18,764 bases of DNA from Candidatus Aenigmatarchaeota archaeon. GTDB lineage: Archaea; Aenigmatarchaeota; Aenigmatarchaeia; GW2011-AR5; JAGGXF01. The notes under the pieces are model-generated. The model was not told where the DNA came from and did not search any database. It saw only the letters and a program-made list of their open reading frames with translations. The DNA lies in assembly GCA_029932645.1 (NCBI GenBank), contig JAOZPR010000013.1, positions 1-18,764 on the forward strand. Reading direction: 5' to 3'. The translations under genes and the position numbers were made by a program. Positions 1-7,252 of this stretch are shown here, piece after piece; position 1 is the stretch's first letter; each line of letters begins with the position of its first letter.

Positions 1-6
1 TTATGA

Positions 7-132
7 ACTATTTTGCTACCAACTTTATACCCTAATTTGCAAAGAAGAGCATTGGAAAAATTAATTAAAGAAGGAAAGGTGAAATCGGAAAAACACAAAC
101 GGGCATATGTTTATTGGATTAAGAAAAATTAA
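7..132 (+). pseudogene. C-terminal fragment of a winged helix-turn-helix protein (remnant or very short ORF at the window edge)
   Basis: Frame 1 reads TILLPTLYPNLQRRALEKLIKEGKVKSEKHKRAYVYWIKKN*, which resembles the end of a recognition helix plus wing. An in-frame TGA lies at 4-6 and no ATG follows it in frame. Confidence 0.35.
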
Positions 133-135
133 ATT

Positions 136-402
136 TTATCCTTTCTCCTCATACATCTTCCTGATAAACTCAGGCAGCTCCCGCTTCGGCGGCGTGTAGA
201 ACTCGCTATTCACATACTTCGGACACGTTTTACATTGTCGGGGCGGGTCTTTCGGATCTTTTATTTCCGAAGGGCAGTCCTTGAATGTCCCGGGGCAGGA
301 TGGATAGTCTTTACTGTCGATGAGAGAAGAGAGGTCCTGACCAAAGTGTTTTTTAACTGAGGCTCTTCTCTTCTGTTTTGCGAATTCTTCTCCTGCGGTC
401 AT
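136..402 (-). CDS. Small hypothetical protein with four Cys (C-x6-C-x13-C-x2-C), possibly Zn-binding
   Basis: ORF 136..432; the probable ATG is at 402 (MTAGEEF), after a GGTG RBS. Contains CPGTFKDC...CKTC. Confidence 0.65.
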   Translation of the reverse strand: MTAGEEFAKQKRRASVKKHFGQDLSSLIDSKDYPSCPGTFKDCPSEIKDPKDPPRQCKTCPKYVNSEFYTPPKRELPEFIRKMYEEKG

Positions 403-547
403 GGAAGCACCAAATATATAAGATGTTGACAATGTTTAAAATGTTTTTTTGCTTTGAATATGAATCTCTAAAAATGCCGAAATTATTAATCTTTAAGGCC
501 ACCAACATACTCGACACCTAACGAACTTGCCGTCGTTAAAACGCATT

Positions 548-555
548 TTTAAATA
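548..555 (+). promoter_or_regulatory. Putative TATA box for the trxB transcript (long leader)
   Basis: TTTAAATA about 25 nt before a GC-rich structured tract that runs to the trxB ATG. Confidence 0.4.
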
Positions 556-643
556 TTTCGTCTGATAATATGCTAATACAACGGCAACAATGGCATTCTG
601 CCGTCGAAGACGAAGCGCTTGCTTTAAGCTGCACGCCCAGAGC

Positions 644-670
644 GCAGCTGAAAGCCCGGCTTCCGCCTTA
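644..670 (+). repeat. Dispersed intergenic hairpin element, copy 1
   Basis: GCAGCTGAAAGCCCGGCTTCCGCCTTA; the first 13 nt are identical to copy 2 at 2133. Confidence 0.6.
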
Positions 671-695
671 ATTGATTTTCATCGAGTTGATGTGA

Positions 696-1625
696 ATGGA
701 CATATACGATGTCGTGATAATCGGCGCTGGCCCAGCAGGCCTGACAGCAGCGCTGTATGCAGAGCGCCAGGGCCTGCACGTAGTAGTATTGGATAATATA
801 GAAGAGCAGTCCCTGCTGGCTGAGGCAGATATTGTTGACAATTATCCTGGCGTCAAGAGTGCGACAGGTATGGGCCTGCTCGAGACCATGCGTGACCAGG
901 TCAAATCGCCGATTAAATCAGAGAAGGTTATTTCTATTACCAAAAATGGCGGCCCGACCAAGTTTCTGGTCAAGACTGATGATGGCGAATATAATGCAAA
1001 GGCAATTATTCTCGCAACCGGTGCTACACACAGAAAGGCCGGCATACCTGGCGAGGAAGAGTTTGTTGGGCGAGGCGTCTCCTACTGCGTCGTATGCGAC
1101 GGCCCGTTATTCAAGGGAAAGCGAACTATTGTTATAGGAGGCGGAAACTCTGCTGTAAAAGGAGCGCTTTCGCTCCAGAAGATGGGCGTTGCTGACGTAA
1201 AACTTGCGCACAGGCGGGATGAGCTGCGCGCTGAAAGGTTCTGGGCTGAAAAAATAAAAAAGTCTGGTATAGAAATATTATGGGATACAATACCCAAAGA
1301 GATAAAGGGCGACAAATTCGTGAAAAAAATCGTTATGGTGAATGTCAAAACCAAAAAAACAACAGAACTGGATGTTGATGGCGTTTTCATAGAAATCGGT
1401 TCTACACCATCGACGCAAATCGGCAAGGCCATTGGTGTTGAAACCGATGAAAGAGGCTTTTTTAAGACAAATAAAAATAAAGAAACTAATGTAGAAGGCG
1501 TTTACGCCGCAGGCGACGTCTCAGACACGCCTCTACGGCAAATAGTCACTGCCTGCAGCGATGGCGCAATAGCAGCCACGGCTGCTTATGAATATTTAAA
1601 ATCACAAGAGTCTAAAAAAGCATAA
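696..1625 (+). CDS. trxB: Thioredoxin-disulfide reductase
   Basis: FAD motif GAGPAG, ATGA, active site GRGVSYCVVCDG, GGGNSA, NADPH motif HRRDELRA, and TNVEGVYAAGD. Confidence 0.95.
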   Translation: MDIYDVVIIGAGPAGLTAALYAERQGLHVVVLDNIEEQSLLAEADIVDNYPGVKSATGMGLLETMRDQVKSPIKSEKVISITKNGGPTKFLVKTDDGEYNAKAIILATGATHRKAGIPGEEEFVGRGVSYCVVCDGPLFKGKRTIVIGGGNSAVKGALSLQKMGVADVKLAHRRDELRAERFWAEKIKKSGIEILWDTIPKEIKGDKFVKKIVMVNVKTKKTTELDVDGVFIEIGSTPSTQIGKAIGVETDERGFFKTNKNKETNVEGVYAAGDVSDTPLRQIVTACSDGAIAATAAYEYLKSQESKKA

Positions 1626-1635
1626 AGGGGAGTAA

Positions 1636-2130
1636 ATGGCGAGGAAGAAGAATAAAACATTATGGGTTTTACTGGTCGCTTTTCTGTTTGCCGGCTCAAC
1701 ACTTGGTTATATCTTGCTGTCGAAGCCAGGAGAAACGCAACATCCGCAAAGCCAGACCATACCAGAAAGCCTTATAGTCAATTTCTCGCTGCCGCAAGAA
1801 ATGGAAGCGCAGATTTTGCAATCGGGGTTTACTATATTGAGAATATCTTATACAGAGGACTGCGACTGTGAAGATTTTATAGCGCGTGTCGAGGAGCTGC
1901 AGGAAGAGTTCAAGACAACTGGCGGTTATAAGCAAATCTTGCTGGAAGAATTGCTTGTGGACAAGCTGAATGCGACAGGAAACGTTTCAGAGACCGCGCC
2001 GCTTATAATAGAAATCAAGAGCCTGCGCTCAGAAGCTATATTAGATACGACGGACGAGCAGGCACTCGTCACACAGCTTTGTAATATAACCTGGGACCCG
2101 CCGATAGAGTACTGTTTTAAGATAGAGTAA
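1636..2130 (+). CDS. Membrane-anchored hypothetical protein with a CxC motif (possible thioredoxin-like fold)
   Basis: Basic N-terminus followed by a TM helix (LWVLLVAFLFAGSTLGYILL); YTEDCDCEDF; C-terminal LC...PPIEYC. GGGGAG RBS, 10 nt after trxB. Confidence 0.75.
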   Translation: MARKKNKTLWVLLVAFLFAGSTLGYILLSKPGETQHPQSQTIPESLIVNFSLPQEMEAQILQSGFTILRISYTEDCDCEDFIARVEELQEEFKTTGGYKQILLEELLVDKLNATGNVSETAPLIIEIKSLRSEAILDTTDEQALVTQLCNITWDPPIEYCFKIE

Positions 2131-2132
2131 AA

Positions 2133-2160
2133 GCAGCTGAAAGCCGAGCCTTCTGGCTTA
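2133..2160 (+). repeat. Dispersed intergenic hairpin element, copy 2 (between convergent genes; possible terminator role)
   Basis: GCAGCTGAAAGCCGAGCCTTCTGGCTTA; 23/28 identical to copy 3. Confidence 0.65.
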
Positions 2161-2259
2161 CTAAATTTCCTTTTTCATTTTCTTCAGAGTTTTGACTATA
2201 TTTTCTTCCTGAACGCCGAGGATTTCCTCTAGTCGCCTGATTATTAGCTTGTCTTTCAT
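2161..2259 (-). CDS. 32-aa small protein resembling the AlaRS helix-loop-helix (dimerisation) segment
   Basis: MKDKLIIRRLEEILGVQEENIVKTLKKMKKEI*. The ATG overlaps the alaS stop (ATGA) and the ORF ends TAG TAA. It is below the ORF-track cutoff. Confidence 0.55.
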   Translation of the reverse strand: MKDKLIIRRLEEILGVQEENIVKTLKKMKKEI

Positions 2260-4922
2260 TTGAGTTCCCTCTTCAGCTTTTCTATGACGTTGTCTAGCTT
2301 TTCTTTCTGCGTTCCGAAACCTTGAGCCACGCTGGCTGAGCCGCCGCCACTGCCGCCGAGCTCTTTACAGGCTTTGCTCACAAGCTCGCCAATATTTATG
2401 TTTTTGTTTGCAGACGCGCCAAAAACAGCGATTTTTTTCTGCACACCGAACAGCACGATAACACGGCTCGGCTTTGTCAGCAGCCGGCTGATTTCCCGCA
2501 GCTCTTCCAAGTTTTTGTCAAGCTTTTCTATTATTATATTGTTCCTGATTTTCTTCTCCAGCGCTACAGCGATTTCTTTCGCACCACGTTTGATTGTGCG
2601 TTCTTTCTCTTTTCGCTTCGCCTTCCACTTCTTTACAAGCTCTTCGGCCTTTTGTATTATTTCATCTTCTTTACAGCTCATAATATTGCAGATTTCTTTT
2701 ATCAATGCCTTTGTTTGCTTTTCATATTTATCTGCCGCAGGCCCGGAAACAAACGTTATTCGTATCACACCGTCTTGTATGCGCTCTGTCGACGTTATGA
2801 TTATCTTTCCAACATCCTTTGTGTTTGTAAGATGCGTTCCGCCGCACGCCTCGTGGTCGTCGTCTATGGATATTATCCGGAGCGTGTCGTCTGGAACAGG
2901 ACCGCCCTGATATATTCGCATGCCATATTTTTGCTCTGCGTCCTGCCTGCTCATGACTTCCTTTTTAACAGGCAGAGCTTTTTTCACGAGCTCGTTCGCC
3001 TTTTCTTCTATCTTTTCCTCCTCTTCTGCCGAAAGCGTGTCATAATGCGTGATATCAAGGTGCGCCTTTTCAGTGCCTTTTTTTGCACCAGCCTGATTAA
3101 TATGATTGCCGAGAATGAGCCGGGCCGCGTAATTCACAATGTGTGTTGCCGTGTGATGTTTTGCTAGCTGCTGGCGCCGAGACCAGTCGATTACGCCTTT
3201 TATCTTTTGGCCTTCTTTTATGTCGGTTGTGTCTGTTTTGTGTAGGACAACGTCGTCTGCCTTTTCTACGTGCGTTACCGCTATCTTTTTATCGTCTGCT
3301 ACAATATAGCCCGTGTCAGAATCTTGTCCGCCAGATTCTGGGTAGAAGGCTGTCTGGTCGAGAACAACCCAGCCGTTCGTGACTTTTAGCACCATTGCCT
3401 CGAATTCCTTGACGTCTTCGTAAAACATTATTTTCGTTTTTTCTATGTCAGTTGTGTCTATTGGTGCCCTCTTTTCTTCCTTTTCTTTCATATGCCTTTC
3501 TGATAGCATTGAGTAAAAATCGGTTGGTATTTCTGTTTGCTCACCTTTTTCTGAGCTGGCCTCTTCAATCATTTCGGGCGTTACGCCGTGTGATTCATAA
3601 AGCGTGAGCATTTCTTTTTCGCCTATTTTTTTACCGAGAACCTTGTCTATGATTATAGCTGTCCGCTTTTTCGTTTCGCCGAATTTCTTCCTTTCTATGT
3701 CCTTGATTTTATCGAAGTTTTCCACACTTTCTTTTAGCCCAGGATACATCTTTCCAAGGTATTGGGCATGCTTTTCAGCTATCGTAGTAAGGTCAATATC
3801 AAAACCAAAACGCTCTTTGAAGCTGAATGCGCGGCGCATGAGCACGCGCAGGTTATACCCACCGCCAACATTGCTCGGTATGCCGCCGTCCTTTATTGCT
3901 AACAGGAGTGTTTTCGTATGGTCGGCTATTATATAGGCAGCTTCCAGGGGAGCAATCTTTTTATCCAATTCTGCTGCGGAAAAGCCGAGGCGTTTTGCTA
4001 TCTCAGCACGCGCTTTTTTAATGTCACCGACTTCGTCAAAGTTCAGGTTGCCCGCGATTCTTGAATATTCTAGGAAGAGCTTTTCGTCATAGTCTATATG
4101 TTTTTTCAGCTCTTCGATGACAGGCCCAAACGTGGCATCATAAGACGTAGGCGCGCCCTGGCTCATCCATGCGAACCGCTCGAGCCCAGCGCCCATATCT
4201 ATTACTTTTTCTTTCATTACACTGTATTTTTCGGGCGTCCCGAGAAATTCAGTAAAAACAGCATTGCCAAGTTCAAGTCCGCGCACAAAGTATTCAAGAG
4301 AGTATCCGAACGCACTTGGCCCAACCCAAGCGTCTTCAACAAAGGTTATTTCACTCTCGTCGATGCCGAATACCTTTGTCAGCAGGTTGTAATCAAGTTC
4401 AATGCACCTGTCTTTCCAGTAGCCGCTGCTGTTGCTTATGCTGTGCTGACCTATCATGACAAAGCTCGTGTAGTGACGACCTGTAATGCCGACATTGGGG
4501 ATGTCGTTGAAGCGCAGGCAAGGCTGCGGTATGATTAAAGGGTTGGCAGACAGCTCGAACACAGTTTTATTACCTGTTTTTCGCTGGAAAGCCACGATAC
4601 TGGCTATTGTAAAATATAAGCCCGGGAACCACCTGCACACAGTTGGATAAGGTGGCACAGAGGCGTGGCCATTTTTGACAAAGAACTTTTCTATTTTTTT
4701 CCACGTCTGAACATAGTCTGTCTTTTCATTAACAGGCGAATCGCCTATGAAGCTGTATTCGACGCAAGGCGGGTCGCCGCAGAACTCCTGGTCTCCGAGC
4801 GCCCAGAAGAATTTGCCGCATTTCGGACACTGTTTTCTCGTGAATCCTTTATCTTTAAACAACTCCACGAGCCAGTATTTCTCAGGCTCTTTCTGGAACT
4901 TTTTAATAAGGGTTTTTTTCAT
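2256..4922 (-). CDS. alaS: Alanine--tRNA ligase, archaeal type
   Basis: N-terminal CPKC...CGDPPC; QPCLRFNDIPNVGITGRHYTSF; IDMGAGLER; editing motifs HTATH and ACGGTH; C-Ala GGSGGG. Probable ATG at 4922 after GGTGG (the ORF extends to 4937). Confidence 0.97.
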   Translation of the reverse strand: MKKTLIKKFQKEPEKYWLVELFKDKGFTRKQCPKCGKFFWALGDQEFCGDPPCVEYSFIGDSPVNEKTDYVQTWKKIEKFFVKNGHASVPPYPTVCRWFPGLYFTIASIVAFQRKTGNKTVFELSANPLIIPQPCLRFNDIPNVGITGRHYTSFVMIGQHSISNSSGYWKDRCIELDYNLLTKVFGIDESEITFVEDAWVGPSAFGYSLEYFVRGLELGNAVFTEFLGTPEKYSVMKEKVIDMGAGLERFAWMSQGAPTSYDATFGPVIEELKKHIDYDEKLFLEYSRIAGNLNFDEVGDIKKARAEIAKRLGFSAAELDKKIAPLEAAYIIADHTKTLLLAIKDGGIPSNVGGGYNLRVLMRRAFSFKERFGFDIDLTTIAEKHAQYLGKMYPGLKESVENFDKIKDIERKKFGETKKRTAIIIDKVLGKKIGEKEMLTLYESHGVTPEMIEEASSEKGEQTEIPTDFYSMLSERHMKEKEEKRAPIDTTDIEKTKIMFYEDVKEFEAMVLKVTNGWVVLDQTAFYPESGGQDSDTGYIVADDKKIAVTHVEKADDVVLHKTDTTDIKEGQKIKGVIDWSRRQQLAKHHTATHIVNYAARLILGNHINQAGAKKGTEKAHLDITHYDTLSAEEEEKIEEKANELVKKALPVKKEVMSRQDAEQKYGMRIYQGGPVPDDTLRIISIDDDHEACGGTHLTNTKDVGKIIITSTERIQDGVIRITFVSGPAADKYEKQTKALIKEICNIMSCKEDEIIQKAEELVKKWKAKRKEKERTIKRGAKEIAVALEKKIRNNIIIEKLDKNLEELREISRLLTKPSRVIVLFGVQKKIAVFGASANKNINIGELVSKACKELGGSGGGSASVAQGFGTQKEKLDNVIEKLKRELK

Positions 4923-5053
4923 GCTCGCAGCCACCAATAATAATTATTAACAGCACGGCTATTAATTAAATAAAAATAAACTCAAAACCATTTAAAAATA
5001 TTAAAACTAGAAATAACTAAAAAGGGAAAGGAACATTGAAGAATAGAAGCGTG

Positions 5054-5081
5054 GTGGCCGAAAGCCCAGACTTCTGGCTTA
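5054..5081 (+). repeat. Dispersed intergenic hairpin element, copy 3 (between rpl12 and alaS)
   Basis: GTGGCCGAAAGCCCAGACTTCTGGCTTA; same orientation as copies 1 and 2. Confidence 0.65.
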
Positions 5082-5159
5082 CTTTTATTTTACAGCTATT
5101 TTATTTTCTAGTTGTTTTGATTAACACAAGGCATGACGTTTGGATGGTGTCCGCTGGCT

Positions 5160-5462
5160 TTAACCGAACAAAGCGCCAAGTCCTGCTGCTGCTTCCTCTG
5201 CTTTCTTCTCGGTGTCTTCTTCCTTCTTCTTTTCTTCCTTTTTTCCTTCTGCTGGCGCTGCTGCTGGGGCAGCTGCTGCTACAGGTAATGCAGCCTTTTC
5301 TATGGCCTTTGCTATATCAACACCTTCTAAAGCAGCCACAAGTGCCTTTACCTGGGCATCACTCTCTTTTTCACCCACAGCTTTCACGATTTTCTTGAGA
5401 TTTTCTTCATTTACCTCTTGTCCAGCCGAGTGAAGCAACAAAGCGGCATATATTAGTTGCAT
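5160..5462 (-). CDS. rpl12: 50S ribosomal stalk protein P1 (archaeal L12)
   Basis: [12 protein letters not shown]-terminus, Ala-rich hinge, acidic tail ending [21 protein letters not shown]. Confidence 0.97.
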   Translation of the reverse strand: MQLIYAALLLHSAGQEVNEENLKKIVKAVGEKESDAQVKALVAALEGVDIAKAIEKAALPVAAAAPAAAPAEGKKEEKKKEEDTEKKAEEAAAGLGALFG

Positions 5463-5488
5463 AGTTTTTCACCTCTTGAATATTTTAA

Positions 5489-6532
5489 TTATTCTTTCTT
5501 ATTTTTTGAGTCCTTTTTCGTTTTTCCTTTCTTTTGTTTTTCTTTGCTTTCTTTTTTAACTTCTTCTTTCTTGGACCCTTTTTCTACTTCTTTTTTGTTC
5601 TCTTTCTTATCTTCTTTTTCTGTTTTCTTCTCATCTTTCTTTTCTTCTGTTTGTTTCTCTTCTTTGTCCTCTTCCTTAGGTTTTTCTTCTTTTGGCAAAC
5701 TTGGTAAAACCTCTTCAAGAGCCTTTGCCTCGGCAACAGCCTTTGCCAAAAGCTCTCCAATAATTTCTTTATCTAGTATGCATGCCTCTAGCGCCAGCGA
5801 CTTGGCTTCTATGAAGCATTTTTTCAACATCAACTCTATGTTTTGTTTCGTAGGATATCCTATATTCAGCGACAAGTTAAATGCCTGCTGGATGGCTGTT
5901 GTAAGTTTGTTAAGATACTCTTTTTCGTCTATGGTCAGAACATCTCTCTCATAAATAGTGCCGTTTTCCCACACACAAACAATATCGAGCCCTATCTCCA
6001 TGGGTTCAATTTTCAAAAGACTGAAAACATTCACCATATCATCAGTTATCTCTTCCCCGGCTTTGCACACAACCTTGTCCTGCATCACATTTATCTTGCC
6101 ATCCACGACAGACGTCTTTAGTCCAACCTTTTGCAGCGTGGATATGGCCGGACCCGGAGCATGAGCAGTCGGTCCTTTTGGTATTATGATATCCTTTTTT
6201 GCGATGTCCCCCTTCTTGGCTGCTGCCGGCATCTTCATCTTATCCAAGTATCTTGCAAGCCGGAAAGCATTTTCATTTGTGAGCAGAAGAGCGCACGGAC
6301 CAGCAAGTTTGTCTTTTAGTTGCTTGATATTAGGTTTGTCTGCTATGTCTAGTGCACGTTTAATCATGTTGTTTTTCGCAACCCTTATCAGGGCTCTGCC
6401 TTTCAGGTCGCCCCTGATATTATGAAGTTGTTTTGCCGGCATGGCGTGCATGTTCAAGATACCAATTACTTGGTACTTCTGCATAAGTTCGGCAAGCTTT
6501 TTTACCTCTTCTGGTTTGTCTTTTTTGAACAT
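5489..6532 (-). CDS. rpl10: 50S ribosomal protein L10/P0 with a long Lys/Glu-rich tail
   Basis: MPAKQLHNIR, RVAKNNMIKRAL, PAAAKKGDIAKKDIIIPKGPT, LKIEPMEIGL, AFNLSLNIGYPT. Probable start is MFKKD at 6532 after a GTGAT RBS (the ORF extends to 6571). Confidence 0.95.
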   Translation of the reverse strand: MFKKDKPEEVKKLAELMQKYQVIGILNMHAMPAKQLHNIRGDLKGRALIRVAKNNMIKRALDIADKPNIKQLKDKLAGPCALLLTNENAFRLARYLDKMKMPAAAKKGDIAKKDIIIPKGPTAHAPGPAISTLQKVGLKTSVVDGKINVMQDKVVCKAGEEITDDMVNVFSLLKIEPMEIGLDIVCVWENGTIYERDVLTIDEKEYLNKLTTAIQQAFNLSLNIGYPTKQNIELMLKKCFIEAKSLALEACILDKEIIGELLAKAVAEAKALEEVLPSLPKEEKPKEEDKEEKQTEEKKDEKKTEKEDKKENKKEVEKGSKKEEVKKESKEKQKKGKTKKDSKNKKE

Positions 6533-6567
6533 TTTTATCACGCAACGACCATTGTCATTATCATTTG

Positions 6568-7170
6568 TCACTTTGTTTCTATTTCAACCGGCTTGCTCAT
6601 GGTTAGTTTCAGCAAGACATTTTTCATCTGTGCCCTTCCTTTTGGCAACGCAGCACGGACACCATTAATTACGAACTCTATGTTGTCTTTCAGCTCTTCA
6701 TCAGTCATATTTTCCACACCAACAATTGTATGAATAACAGGAGAATCCTTGACACGGATCCTAATAGACTTTTTGGCAAGCTCTATGAATTTGGTCTTAT
6801 CAGCATTAGGAGGAATCGGCTTGGGCATCTTCCCACGCGGTCCGAGGAAGCGGCCTATTGTCTTACCAACAATAGGCATCAATGGGGCCTCGCATATAAA
6901 GAAATCATTATTATCGATTAATTTCTTGGCCCTTTTCTTGTCCTTCACAAGTTCCTCAAGCACTGCTTTGTTTATCTCTTCTTTTTCGCCTATAACGCAA
7001 ACAGAAATATCCTTGCCGCGGCCGTGCGGCAGAACAAATTCCTTGTTAATCTTGTTAGCAGGATCCTTTAGATTAATGTTCTTTAAATTGATTATTAAAT
7101 CCACGGTTTGCGGAAAGCCGCGCTTCTTAGAATTCTCTTTCAGATGTTTTATCGCTTCTTGTATTTGCAT
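6568..7170 (-). CDS. rpl1: 50S ribosomal protein L1
   Basis: KRGFPQTVDLIINLK, LPHGRGK, GRFLGPRGKMPKP, KLTMSKP. Confidence 0.97.
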   Translation of the reverse strand: MQIQEAIKHLKENSKKRGFPQTVDLIINLKNINLKDPANKINKEFVLPHGRGKDISVCVIGEKEEINKAVLEELVKDKKRAKKLIDNNDFFICEAPLMPIVGKTIGRFLGPRGKMPKPIPPNADKTKFIELAKKSIRIRVKDSPVIHTIVGVENMTDEELKDNIEFVINGVRAALPKGRAQMKNVLLKLTMSKPVEIETK

Positions 7171-7172
7171 GT

Positions 7173-7206
7173 CAAATCCTCCTGCTTACGCAGTACAGCG
7201 GATGTG
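7173..7206 (-). promoter_or_regulatory. Putative L1-binding mRNA leader hairpin covering the rpl1 Shine-Dalgarno
   Basis: RNA CACAUCC-GCUGUA-CUGC-GUAA-GCAG-GA-GGAUUUG: GNRA-capped stem, asymmetric internal loop and closing stem, with the GGAGG SD embedded. A TATA-like TTTAAAAA lies at 7240-7247 on the minus strand. Confidence 0.65.
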
Positions 7207-7252
7207 TGCTAAGTTAGTATGATTAGATGTGTGGTAAAGTTTTTAAAGGTTT

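Noticed and set aside
590..796. 68-aa ORF overlapping the trxB start
   Set aside because: Out-of-frame overlap with trxB and atypical composition; better explained by the structured leader.
644..5081. Repeat element as a SECIS, CRISPR repeat, hammerhead or C/D-box RNA
   Set aside because: No in-frame UGA selenoprotein candidate in the adjacent genes and no lower SECIS stem. The copies are kilobases apart with genes between them. No CUGAUGA/GAAAC core or properly paired C/D boxes.
5036..5398. 120-aa plus-strand ORF covering repeat copy 3
   Set aside because: Mostly antisense to rpl12, non-ATG start, and low-complexity translation.
2374..6733. Long plus-strand ORFs antisense to alaS, rpl12 and rpl10 (F/S/L-rich)
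   Set aside because: Antisense shadows of K/E-rich coding sequence, with no RBS or protein motifs.
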